Below are positions 28,978 through 36,994 of a stretch of 64,000 bases of DNA, in pieces. Below the pieces are notes generated by a model. The model had not been told where the DNA came from. It did no database searches and saw only the letters and a program-made list of their open reading frames with translations. This DNA comes from Bacteroidetes bacterium ADurb.Bin008 (lineage in GTDB: Bacteria; Bacteroidota; Bacteroidia; Bacteroidales; Tenuifilaceae). The DNA lies in contig MWFE01000052.1 of assembly GCA_002071445.1 (NCBI GenBank), positions 95 through 64,094 of the forward strand, written 5' to 3'. Position 1 is the first letter of the stretch. The number at the start of each line of letters is the position of its first letter. The position numbers and the translations under genes are program-made.

Positions 28978-30312
28978 ATGTTCGATAATTTAACCGAAAG
29001 ACTCGAAAGGTCATTTAAGCTGATTAAGGGTGAAGGAAGGATAAGCGAGATTAACGTGGCCGAAACCCTTAAGGATGTTCGCAAGGCTCTGCTCGATGCT
29101 GACGTTAACTACAAGATAGCCAAGCAATTTACCGACGATGTCAAGCGCAAAGCGCTGGGGATGGATGTTCTCAACTCCCTTAAGCCGGGACAGCTCATTG
29201 TGAAAGTTGTTCACGATGAGTTGGCAGTGCTTATGGGCGGTAAGGCCGAAGATATCAACCTCTCTGGTCATCCGTCGGTAATTCTGATTGCAGGACTTCA
29301 GGGTTCGGGAAAAACCACATTCTCGGGGAAGCTGGCCAACCACCTCAAAACCAAAAAGGGCAAAAGCCCTTTGCTTGTTGCCGGCGACGTTTACCGTCCG
29401 GCTGCCATCGAACAGTTGAAAGTTTTAGGCGAACAGGTCAATGTTCCCGTTTACACCGTTGAGGGCAGCACCGAGCCGGTATCAATTGCCCGCGATGCCA
29501 TTAAGTTTGCCAAACAGCAGAAGCACGATGTGGTGATTATCGACACCGCGGGTCGCTTGGCCATTGATGAGAAGATGATGCAGGAGGTTTCGGCCATTAA
29601 GAAAGCCGTTGAACCCCAGGAGATACTCTTCGTGGTGGACTCCATGACCGGTCAGGATGCGGTGAACACTGCCAAGGAGTTTAACGACAGGCTAAATTTC
29701 AACGGCGTTGTACTGACCAAACTCGATGGCGATACTCGCGGTGGTGCCGCCCTTTCAATCCGCGCTGTGGTGGATAAGCCCATTAAGTTCGTGAGCATGG
29801 GCGAAAAGATGGAGGCTCTCGATGTGTTCCACCCCGACCGTATGGCCGACCGCATTTTAGGCATGGGCGATGTGGTTTCGCTGGTGGAGCGTGCACAGGA
29901 GCAGTACAACGTGGAGGAGGCACGTAAACTGCAAAAGAAAATTGCCAAAAACCAGTTCAATTTCAACGACTTCCTTGCACAGATAGGTCAGGTTAAAAAG
30001 ATGGGAAACCTGAAAGACCTGGCAGGCATGGTACCCGGAATGGGCAAGATGATGAAAAATATTGATGTTGACGATGATGCTTTCAAAAGCATTGAGGCCA
30101 TTATCCAATCCATGACACCCAAGGAGCGCGAGAATCCCGAATTGCTCAACGGAAGCCGCCGTAAGCGCATTGCCGATGGTAGCGGAACCTCCATTCAGGA
30201 GGTGAACCGTTTGATTAAACAGTTTGATGACATGCGCAAAATGATGAAAATGGTGTCGAGCGGAGGAGCAAAAAACCTGAGCCGCATGATGGCCAATATG
30301 CCAAGGAGATAA
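28978..30312 (+). CDS. ffh: Signal recognition particle protein
   Basis: NG domain GTPase motifs GLQGSGKTT, DTAGR and TKLDGD. Met-rich M domain (MGNLKDLAGMVPGMGKMMK). Confidence 0.97.
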   Translation: MFDNLTERLERSFKLIKGEGRISEINVAETLKDVRKALLDADVNYKIAKQFTDDVKRKALGMDVLNSLKPGQLIVKVVHDELAVLMGGKAEDINLSGHPSVILIAGLQGSGKTTFSGKLANHLKTKKGKSPLLVAGDVYRPAAIEQLKVLGEQVNVPVYTVEGSTEPVSIARDAIKFAKQQKHDVVIIDTAGRLAIDEKMMQEVSAIKKAVEPQEILFVVDSMTGQDAVNTAKEFNDRLNFNGVVLTKLDGDTRGGAALSIRAVVDKPIKFVSMGEKMEALDVFHPDRMADRILGMGDVVSLVERAQEQYNVEEARKLQKKIAKNQFNFNDFLAQIGQVKKMGNLKDLAGMVPGMGKMMKNIDVDDDAFKSIEAIIQSMTPKERENPELLNGSRRKRIADGSGTSIQEVNRLIKQFDDMRKMMKMVSSGGAKNLSRMMANMPRR

Positions 30313-30388
30313 ATATTAACCCCGATAGAATTCTACTTAACGGCACATAACCTATCAAATAATTAATAACCAAATTAACAAGTTAGCC

Positions 30389-31285
30389 ATGAGCAACACA
30401 CAACTACTCGACGGAAAAGGGTTGTCCGACCTGATAAAAAACGAAATAGCCCAAGAGGTTGCCAAAATCAAAGCCGATGGCGGTAAAATCCCTCACCTTG
30501 CAGCCATTCTGGTTGGGCACGATGGTGCCAGCGAAACCTACGTGGCAAGTAAGGAAAAAGCATGCACTCAGGTTGGTTTTAAAAGCACTATCCTCAGGTT
30601 TGAGGATACCATCACTGAGAAAGAACTGCTCAACGAGGTGCATAAACTGAACGTAAACCCTGATATAGACGGGTTTATTGTTCAACTACCCCTGCCAAAG
30701 CATATATCTGACCAAAAGATTATTGAAGCCATAGACCCCGCAAAAGATGTGGATGGTTTTCATCCGGTTAACGTTGGACGTATGGTAATCGGCCTACCTG
30801 CCTACATTTCTGCAACCCCCGATGGCATTCTTGAACTTATCCGCAGGTATAATATTGAAACCAAGGGCAAGCATTGCGTTGTTCTGGGTAGAAGTAACAT
30901 AGTAGGACGTCCAATGGCCAATCTGCTATCGCACAAGGGCTATCCCGGCGATTGCACCGTTACAGTATGCCATTCTCGCACTAAGAATATCCCCGAAATA
31001 ACCCGCACGGCCGATATCCTCATCGTTGCCATGGGTCAACCCGAATTTGTCACCGCCGAGATGGTGAAAGAGGGTGTCGTCGTTATCGATGTGGGCATTA
31101 CAAGGGTAAAGTCCGATCTGACCAAGTCGGGCTGGAAGCTGCTCGGCGATGTGAAATTCGACGAGGTTGCGCCACTTTGTAGCTATATTACCCCTGTTCC
31201 GGGCGGTGTTGGCCCTCTTACCATTGTTTCGTTGCTGAAGAACACACTGAAAGCGGCCAAAGGAGAGATTTACCCCAAGCTGTAA
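30389..31285 (+). CDS. folD: Bifunctional methylenetetrahydrofolate dehydrogenase/cyclohydrolase
   Basis: Typical FolD pattern: PHLAAILVG...[43 protein letters not shown]. Confidence 0.95.
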   Translation: MSNTQLLDGKGLSDLIKNEIAQEVAKIKADGGKIPHLAAILVGHDGASETYVASKEKACTQVGFKSTILRFEDTITEKELLNEVHKLNVNPDIDGFIVQLPLPKHISDQKIIEAIDPAKDVDGFHPVNVGRMVIGLPAYISATPDGILELIRRYNIETKGKHCVVLGRSNIVGRPMANLLSHKGYPGDCTVTVCHSRTKNIPEITRTADILIVAMGQPEFVTAEMVKEGVVVIDVGITRVKSDLTKSGWKLLGDVKFDEVAPLCSYITPVPGGVGPLTIVSLLKNTLKAAKGEIYPKL

Positions 31286-31351
31286 GCTGCTATCGATTAC
31301 CTAATAAATTTACTTCTATACTATTGAATAACAACGTTAATCCTAAAACCT

Positions 31352-33379
31352 ATGACTGAAAGTAAAAAGTTCGTCCCGTTTGTTTCCTCCGAAACGAATA
31401 TGAAGGAGTTCACGCTAAGAGCATTAATCATCGGCCTGGTTATGTCGGTGATACTGGGTGCTGCCAACGCATACCTTGGGCTCAAAGCCGGAATGACCAT
31501 AGCCGCTGTTTACCCTGCAGCAGTTGTGGGCATGGCAATTCTCAAACTGGTGAAAGGCAGCATTCTAGAAGAGAACATAGCCCGTACCGTTGGTGCCATT
31601 GGCGAATCGGTGGCTGCCGGGGCCATATTCACCCTACCGGCCTTTTTCGTTGCCGGGCTATGGGACCCGTTTTACACACCCGGCAATTACATCACCTCCA
31701 CCATCATACTGATAGCAGGCGGTTTCCTGGGAATCATGTTTGTTGCTCTGCTCCGCCGTGTGATGGTTGAGAGCACGGAATTACCATTCCCCGAGAGCGT
31801 TGCTGCTGCCGAAATACATAAGGCTGGCCGTACAGGGGGAGGCGGTTCAAAGTTCTTATTTCAGGCCATGATTGTTGGTGCCATCGTTAAACTTTTGGCA
31901 GAATTTAAGCTGTTTGCCACCGCCTGGGAACGTTTCATTATATGGGGTAAACAAACCATTGCCGGCAGCAATTTCACTGGACAAGGCGGTATGTTTTTGG
32001 GCTCGCCCGGCGTAAGCCCCGCATACGTAGGAGTTGGTTATATCATTGGCCCCAACCTTGGTGCCCTTGCATTCAGTGGCGGCATCATCGCATGGGGGTT
32101 GCTCACACCGATTATCCTTTACTTCATAGGTCCATCCATGGAGATGGCCGAAGCGGCCACATCGGCCGAATGGCTGGCCGCTGCCAAAGATGTTTGGGCG
32201 AGGATAGTACGCCCCATCGCCATTGGCGGTATGTTGGTGGGTGCTGCTTTCACCCTATACAAAATGCGAAATAGCCTTATTGAAGGTATTGCCCGTTCCA
32301 TAAGGGATGTGAAAAAAGCCGCCACAGGTGCTCCTACCCATACCGACAGGATTGAAAAGGATATCAGCTTCACCTTTACCATCATTGGGATAATCGCAGT
32401 GGCCATTGTTACCTGGGCCATCACCTTTTTCATATTTAAAACAGCCCTGTGGGTTGCCATCGTGGTTGCACTCATGATGACCATTCTGGCATTCTTTTTC
32501 GCTGCCGTTTCGGGGTATCTGGTGGGTTTGATAGGTTCGTCCAACAATCCCATCAGCGGATTGACGCTAACAGCCCTATTGCTCACAGCGCTTGTGTTGG
32601 TTATCCTTGGCATTGATGGTGGTGATGCCGGCGTGGCCGCTGTGCTGGGCGTGGCAGCCATTGTGTGCGTGGCTGCTGCCGTTGCCGGGGAGATGCTGCA
32701 AGACCTTAAAACGGGGCATATTCTGGGAGGCACACCCTGGAAAATGGAGATAGGCAATATTATCGGTGTGGTGGCCTCGGGCGCCATCATGTTCTTCATC
32801 CTCACTATTCTCAACGATGGCGACATTGCACGGGGGAATATAGAGGGCTACGTGGGGGGATTCGGTAGCCAAGAGTTGCCTGCACCACAGGCAAGCCTCA
32901 TGGCCATTCTCTCGCGGGGAATCGTGGGCGGCGAAATGGCATGGCCATTGATCATCGTGGGAATGTTTATGGGCATTGGATTTATCCTGATGAGGGTTAA
33001 AAGCCCCATGCTCGTTAGCGTGGGAATGTACCTGCCTTTGACAACTACTTTTGCCATTTTTACCGGTGGAATTACTAAGGGAATCATCGACATGATTTCT
33101 GAGAAACGTAAGCACAATCAGGCCCAGAAGCAGCGCATTGAGAATGTTGGAGTGCTGCTGGCATCAGGACTCATTGCTGGAGAAGCCCTCATGGGGCTTG
33201 TGGTGGCCATGTTTGCAGTGGCCGGAGTGTTCCTGTTCGAACTCTTCTCGTTCTTCAAAAATCCCGCATTCCTCATTGGTTTTGTTGTGATTATACTGGT
33301 GGCCGTGATCCTCATCGTGGTTCCCCTACGAAATGCCGGTAATCCCGAAGATCCTGCTCCGCCAAGTTCAGGACATTAG
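31352..33379 (+). CDS. OPT family oligopeptide transporter
   Basis: 675-aa polytopic protein. The N-terminal FTLRALIIGLVMSVILGAANAYLGLKAGMT pattern is characteristic of the bacterial OPT family. Confidence 0.8.
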   Translation: MTESKKFVPFVSSETNMKEFTLRALIIGLVMSVILGAANAYLGLKAGMTIAAVYPAAVVGMAILKLVKGSILEENIARTVGAIGESVAAGAIFTLPAFFVAGLWDPFYTPGNYITSTIILIAGGFLGIMFVALLRRVMVESTELPFPESVAAAEIHKAGRTGGGGSKFLFQAMIVGAIVKLLAEFKLFATAWERFIIWGKQTIAGSNFTGQGGMFLGSPGVSPAYVGVGYIIGPNLGALAFSGGIIAWGLLTPIILYFIGPSMEMAEAATSAEWLAAAKDVWARIVRPIAIGGMLVGAAFTLYKMRNSLIEGIARSIRDVKKAATGAPTHTDRIEKDISFTFTIIGIIAVAIVTWAITFFIFKTALWVAIVVALMMTILAFFFAAVSGYLVGLIGSSNNPISGLTLTALLLTALVLVILGIDGGDAGVAAVLGVAAIVCVAAAVAGEMLQDLKTGHILGGTPWKMEIGNIIGVVASGAIMFFILTILNDGDIARGNIEGYVGGFGSQELPAPQASLMAILSRGIVGGEMAWPLIIVGMFMGIGFILMRVKSPMLVSVGMYLPLTTTFAIFTGGITKGIIDMISEKRKHNQAQKQRIENVGVLLASGLIAGEALMGLVVAMFAVAGVFLFELFSFFKNPAFLIGFVVIILVAVILIVVPLRNAGNPEDPAPPSSGH

Positions 33380-33391
33380 TAAATGATTTTT

Positions 33392-33421
33392 TAGAGCCGA
33401 TGCAATGTCGGCTCTAATTTT
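33392..33421 (+). terminator. Terminator-like hairpin after the OPT gene
   Basis: 9-bp stem tagagccga / tcggctcta, a 7-nt loop, then atttt. Confidence 0.55.
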
Positions 33422-33444
33422 CAACATCAATAAACAGCAATACT

Positions 33445-33813
33445 ATGGTTGGCTTTTTCCAACGGCGCAGAATACTTAAAAACACCAGTGCTCTCGATTT
33501 GATACCCATTCGAATTCACGAGCACACCATGGCCGACAATGGCAACGTAACCATTCTGGTTCCCAAGTTTAAAAATGAAAGGTTTTCTCGCTTTTTCATC
33601 CCAGCCAACAGGTCAAAATTCATATCAATCTTTCTGGACGAGTTGGGAACTGCCGTTTGGCTTGCCATGGACGGAACTAAAAACGTGGGGACAATATGCA
33701 AAGAGCTGTCGGAATCGCTGGGCGAAAAGATTTATCCCGCCGAGGAGAGGGTTGTGAAATTCCTCTCGGGACTATACCACAACAAGCACATTACCTTTAG
33801 GCAAATAGAATAA
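33445..33813 (+). CDS. PqqD-family (RRE-like) small protein
   Basis: LDELGTAVWLAMDGTKNVGTICKELSESLGEKIYPAEERVVKFLSGLYHNKHI resembles the PqqD / peptide-chaperone fold pattern. Confidence 0.55.
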   Translation: MVGFFQRRRILKNTSALDLIPIRIHEHTMADNGNVTILVPKFKNERFSRFFIPANRSKFISIFLDELGTAVWLAMDGTKNVGTICKELSESLGEKIYPAEERVVKFLSGLYHNKHITFRQIE

Positions 33814-33822
33814 ATGTGCTCC

Positions 33823-33860
33823 AAAAAAAAGCCCCGAGGTTTAATACTTCGGGGCTTTTT
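33823..33860. terminator. Bidirectional terminator between convergent genes
   Basis: GC-rich stem gccccga / tcggggc with an A-tract upstream and a T-tract downstream. Confidence 0.8.
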
Positions 33861-33879
33861 GATAGTTATTAATGATTTG

Positions 33880-34536
33880 TTATGGAAAAAACGAATTGGT
33901 TAGGTGATTGCTTTGCCCTCCAAATGGCGAGACACCCCAGGCTGGGCCGTTGGTAACACCAAAAGAAGCACCAATGCTTGTTTTATCCGATATTTTGTAA
34001 TCCAGGCCAAAGGACAGATGCTGATAATCAGCCGTCCCAAAACCTGATTGATAAGGCGAAAAGTAAAGTAGGTTTTTCCCAAACGCTCCCATGCCATACA
34101 CGGTCAATTTGCTGTTGACTAAATACCTACCATAGGCAAAAGCCTCTGTGGGATTACCCGGAGTTACCTGCCCGTTGAACCGTTCATTCCGAAAATCGCC
34201 CAATGATAGATTGCCAAAGTTGGCATGAGAGAATTTCCCTCCCACCGCAATCTGCAAACGCTCTGTGGGTGAGTAAGCAACCATGGGACTGATAAATGAG
34301 GTAGAAAAATTGTTACCCCCGCCAAAAGTTGAAAAACCTGTACCAACCTCGAGAGAATATTTTGTTTCTCCCGGCTTAAATGTTCTCCAGGGCTCAAAAC
34401 CTGAAGAATCTATTTGATGCTTCTGAAAAAACTGTGGGTAGTACAGTTTATACAAATCTCTTGTTAGCTGCGAATAACCAGCAAGGCTTCCAAAAGCAAA
34501 AATCGATAAAAGCAGTAAGGACTTTAAAAACTTCAT
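33880..34536 (-). CDS. Hypothetical secreted/outer membrane beta-barrel-like protein
   Basis: Signal peptide MKFLKSLLLLSIFAFGSLAGYSQ. Gly/aromatic-rich strands. C-terminal aromatic-rich end. No specific motif recognised. Confidence 0.5.
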   Translation of the reverse strand: MKFLKSLLLLSIFAFGSLAGYSQLTRDLYKLYYPQFFQKHQIDSSGFEPWRTFKPGETKYSLEVGTGFSTFGGGNNFSTSFISPMVAYSPTERLQIAVGGKFSHANFGNLSLGDFRNERFNGQVTPGNPTEAFAYGRYLVNSKLTVYGMGAFGKNLLYFSPYQSGFGTADYQHLSFGLDYKISDKTSIGASFGVTNGPAWGVSPFGGQSNHLTNSFFP

Positions 34537-34738
34537 AGTTAATGCAATTATCTATTCTACCAATAGTAAACAGGAAAACAACCGTAAAGTTATACCATCA
34601 CTGCCTTCTTTTCAAAAAAATTAATGAATAATTAGCATGATTTAACATATAAAAAGTAGTAGCTCATTTGCAAACAACAGGTAATGATGACGTTAATATC
34701 TTTATAACAATGATTGTTAAAAAGTGAATATTTGTTTA

Positions 34739-34746
34739 TATTTTTG
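34739..34746 (+). promoter_or_regulatory. Candidate -7 box (TATTTTTG) for the ATP-cone nuclease gene
   Basis: Matches TAnnTTTG and lies 35 nt upstream of the GTG start. The -33 element (ATTG) is weak. Confidence 0.35.
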
Positions 34747-34780
34747 ATTTTAGTTAAGTATAAACCTAAGCTAAAGAGTC

Positions 34781-35638
34781 GTGGGAAAAAACCTGTTAAT
34801 AAAAAAAGCATCAGGCGAGAGTGTTCCCTTTTCCAGGGATAAGCTTTTGGGTTCGTTGCATCGTGCAGGAGCGAGCGACAAACTGGCAGATTCGATAGTT
34901 GACGAAATCGAATCATGGCTTAAAGATGGTGTTTCCACCAAAAAGATTTATACCAAGGCGTTCAACCTTTTAAAAGAGAAAAAGAATAGCCTTGCCGCCA
35001 GGTATAGCCTTAAAAATTCGATAATGGAATTAGGTCCCACAGGATATCCTTTCGAACATTTGGTGGCTCAACTCATTAAAAAGCAAGGGTATGAAATTAA
35101 GGTTGGGCAAATTGTTCAGGGTTATTGCGTTAGCCACGAGGTGGATGTAATCGCCACGTCTCCCAAAAAACAGTTCTTTGTGGAGTGCAAGTTTTACAAC
35201 AGTCGCGGGAAAAATGCCACGGTAAAAGTACCACTTTACATCCACTCCCGTGTCAACGATATCGTAAGGAGAATGAAATTGAAACCTGAGAATAGCACGG
35301 TATCGTACCACGGCATGATAGTAACCAATACCCGTTTTACATCCGATGCCATTGATTACGGTAAGTGTGCCGGGCTGCACATGATTAGCTGGGATTACCC
35401 CGCCGGAAACAGCTTAAAGGAGATGATTGAACGGTATGGTTCTTTTCCCATCACTGCCCTGGTTTCGCTGAACAACACCCAGAAGCAACGATTGCTTGAC
35501 GAAGGAATTGTGCTGTGCCTACAGATTTGTTCCCAGCCCGAACTTTTGAATAAAAGAGGGCTTACAAAAAGTGAAATAAAAAAAGTGTTGGCCGAAGCCA
35601 AAGAGTTGGCATGCAACTCAGCCGATATAAACAGCTAA
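34781..35638 (+). CDS. ATP-cone domain fused to a PD-(D/E)xK (Mrr-like) restriction endonuclease domain
   Basis: N-terminal LIKKASGESVPFSRDKLLGSL...IVDEIESWL is an ATP-cone pattern. The core HEVDVIAT...FFVECKFY is a D...ExK nuclease motif. GTG start is forced, because an in-frame stop lies 3 codons upstream and the next ATG would delete the ATP-cone. Confidence 0.75.
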   Translation: MGKNLLIKKASGESVPFSRDKLLGSLHRAGASDKLADSIVDEIESWLKDGVSTKKIYTKAFNLLKEKKNSLAARYSLKNSIMELGPTGYPFEHLVAQLIKKQGYEIKVGQIVQGYCVSHEVDVIATSPKKQFFVECKFYNSRGKNATVKVPLYIHSRVNDIVRRMKLKPENSTVSYHGMIVTNTRFTSDAIDYGKCAGLHMISWDYPAGNSLKEMIERYGSFPITALVSLNNTQKQRLLDEGIVLCLQICSQPELLNKRGLTKSEIKKVLAEAKELACNSADINS

Positions 35639-35651
35639 TGGTATATAACAT

Positions 35652-36074
35652 ATGGAGTCTTTTGCCCATCTGATTACAAAAGTATCCGCACGATATCGCA
35701 CGGAATTTAGCCAATCCCTTGCAGGCAAGGGATTTGGCAATATCACCCCCGACTACTTTATCGTGCTGGAAAAGCTTTGGGAAGAGAATAACATTAGCAT
35801 TGGCCAATTGGCTCAGAGAACCAATAAGGACAACGCCAGCATATCGAGAATTGTTGATGGCATGGAGCGCAACGATTTGGTGCGAAGAATACCCCACGAA
35901 ACAGATAAACGCGCATATCTGATTACCCTTACTAAATACTCAATAGGCCTAAAGGAACAACTTGTGCCCATAGAGGCTGCTGTTTTGGAGAAAGCCACAA
36001 GCGGCCTCAATCCCATTGAGGTTAAAGAGTTGGTTAGGATGCTGAATCACATGTTTGCGCGCCTAAAACGCTGA
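35652..36074 (+). CDS. MarR family transcriptional regulator
   Basis: 140 aa. Winged-HTH pattern ISIGQLAQRTNKDNASISRIVDGMERNDLVRRIPHETDKRAYLITLT. Confidence 0.85.
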   Translation: MESFAHLITKVSARYRTEFSQSLAGKGFGNITPDYFIVLEKLWEENNISIGQLAQRTNKDNASISRIVDGMERNDLVRRIPHETDKRAYLITLTKYSIGLKEQLVPIEAAVLEKATSGLNPIEVKELVRMLNHMFARLKR

Positions 36075-36085
36075 AGGCAGAATGA

Positions 36086-36832
36086 TTATGTGTTCATGCC
36101 ACCGCAAATATTAATGACCTGCCCGCTAATATAGTTCGACATATCCGATCCGAGGAAAACCGTAAGGTTTGCAATATCCTCGGGGGTTCCTCCGCGCCTC
36201 AACGGAATTTTCGAAATCCAATCGTTACGAACCTCTTCGGGCAGTTGATGAGTCATCTCAGTAATGATAAATCCCGGAGCTATTGCATTGCAACGGATAT
36301 TTCTCGAACCCAACTCCTTGGCTATGGACTTGGTGAAACCAATAATCCCTGCCTTTGAGGCAGAATAGTTGGCCTGCCCTGCATTCCCCGAAACGCCCAC
36401 AACGGAACTCATGTTGATAATGGATCCCGATTTCTGCTTCAGCATGTATTTCTGAACCGCTTTGGTAAGGTTAAAAACCGACTTCAGATTAACGTTGATA
36501 ACCAAATCCCACTGCTCCTCTGTCATTCGCATGAGAAGCGTATCGCGCGTAATACCTGCATTATTAACCAGTATGTCTATTGTTCCAAATTCTTTTGCTA
36601 TCTCATCCACTAAATTCTGTGAGCTTTCAAACTTACTGGCATCGGAAACGTAGCCCTTCGCTTTAACACCAAGTTTGGTCAACTCAACCTCCAAACTTTT
36701 AAAATTATCATCGGCATTCATATCGGTGAAAGCCACATTAGCTCCCTGCTGAGCAAAGGCAATGGCTATGGCACGGCCAATACCGCGTGCACCGCCGGTT
36801 ATTAATCCTGTCTTTCCTTCAAGTAATTTCAT
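36086..36832 (-). CDS. fabG: 3-oxoacyl-[acyl-carrier-protein] reductase
   Basis: SDR motifs TGGARGIGRAIA, NNAG and YSASKAG. Start moved to MKLLEGK. Confidence 0.85.
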   Translation of the reverse strand: MKLLEGKTGLITGGARGIGRAIAIAFAQQGANVAFTDMNADDNFKSLEVELTKLGVKAKGYVSDASKFESSQNLVDEIAKEFGTIDILVNNAGITRDTLLMRMTEEQWDLVINVNLKSVFNLTKAVQKYMLKQKSGSIINMSSVVGVSGNAGQANYSASKAGIIGFTKSIAKELGSRNIRCNAIAPGFIITEMTHQLPEEVRNDWISKIPLRRGGTPEDIANLTVFLGSDMSNYISGQVINICGGMNT

Positions 36833-36994
36833 AGCGGATTGTTGTTTTGGTTTGACCCGCAAATTTAGAAAAGATTTTCAGAAGTTGCCCTTTTTTCAGC
36901 TCGTGTTGAATCAACCTATGCCAATATCAATACAAAACGACATCCTACTTTACCATTCTTTTGGTAATTTTACCGTTTATTTTATGACAAGTTT

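Noticed and set aside
28815-29084. 89-aa minus-strand ORF overlapping the ffh start and promoter region
   Set aside because: It overlaps the strongly supported ffh CDS and the intergenic promoter. It has low-complexity Leu/Ser-rich sequence and no motif.
32092-33315. Long antisense and alternative-frame ORFs inside the OPT transporter gene (e.g. 32119-32826, 235 aa; 32576-33115; 32848-33117; 33118-33315)
   Set aside because: They lie entirely within a well-supported membrane-protein CDS. Their Ala/Thr/Pro/Ser-rich composition is typical of the reverse frame of a Gly/Ala/Val-rich gene. They have no motifs.
34632-34916. 94-aa minus-strand ORF spanning the promoter and start of the ATP-cone nuclease gene
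   Set aside because: It runs antisense over the AT-rich promoter region and the first 45 codons of a motif-supported CDS. It has no recognisable features.
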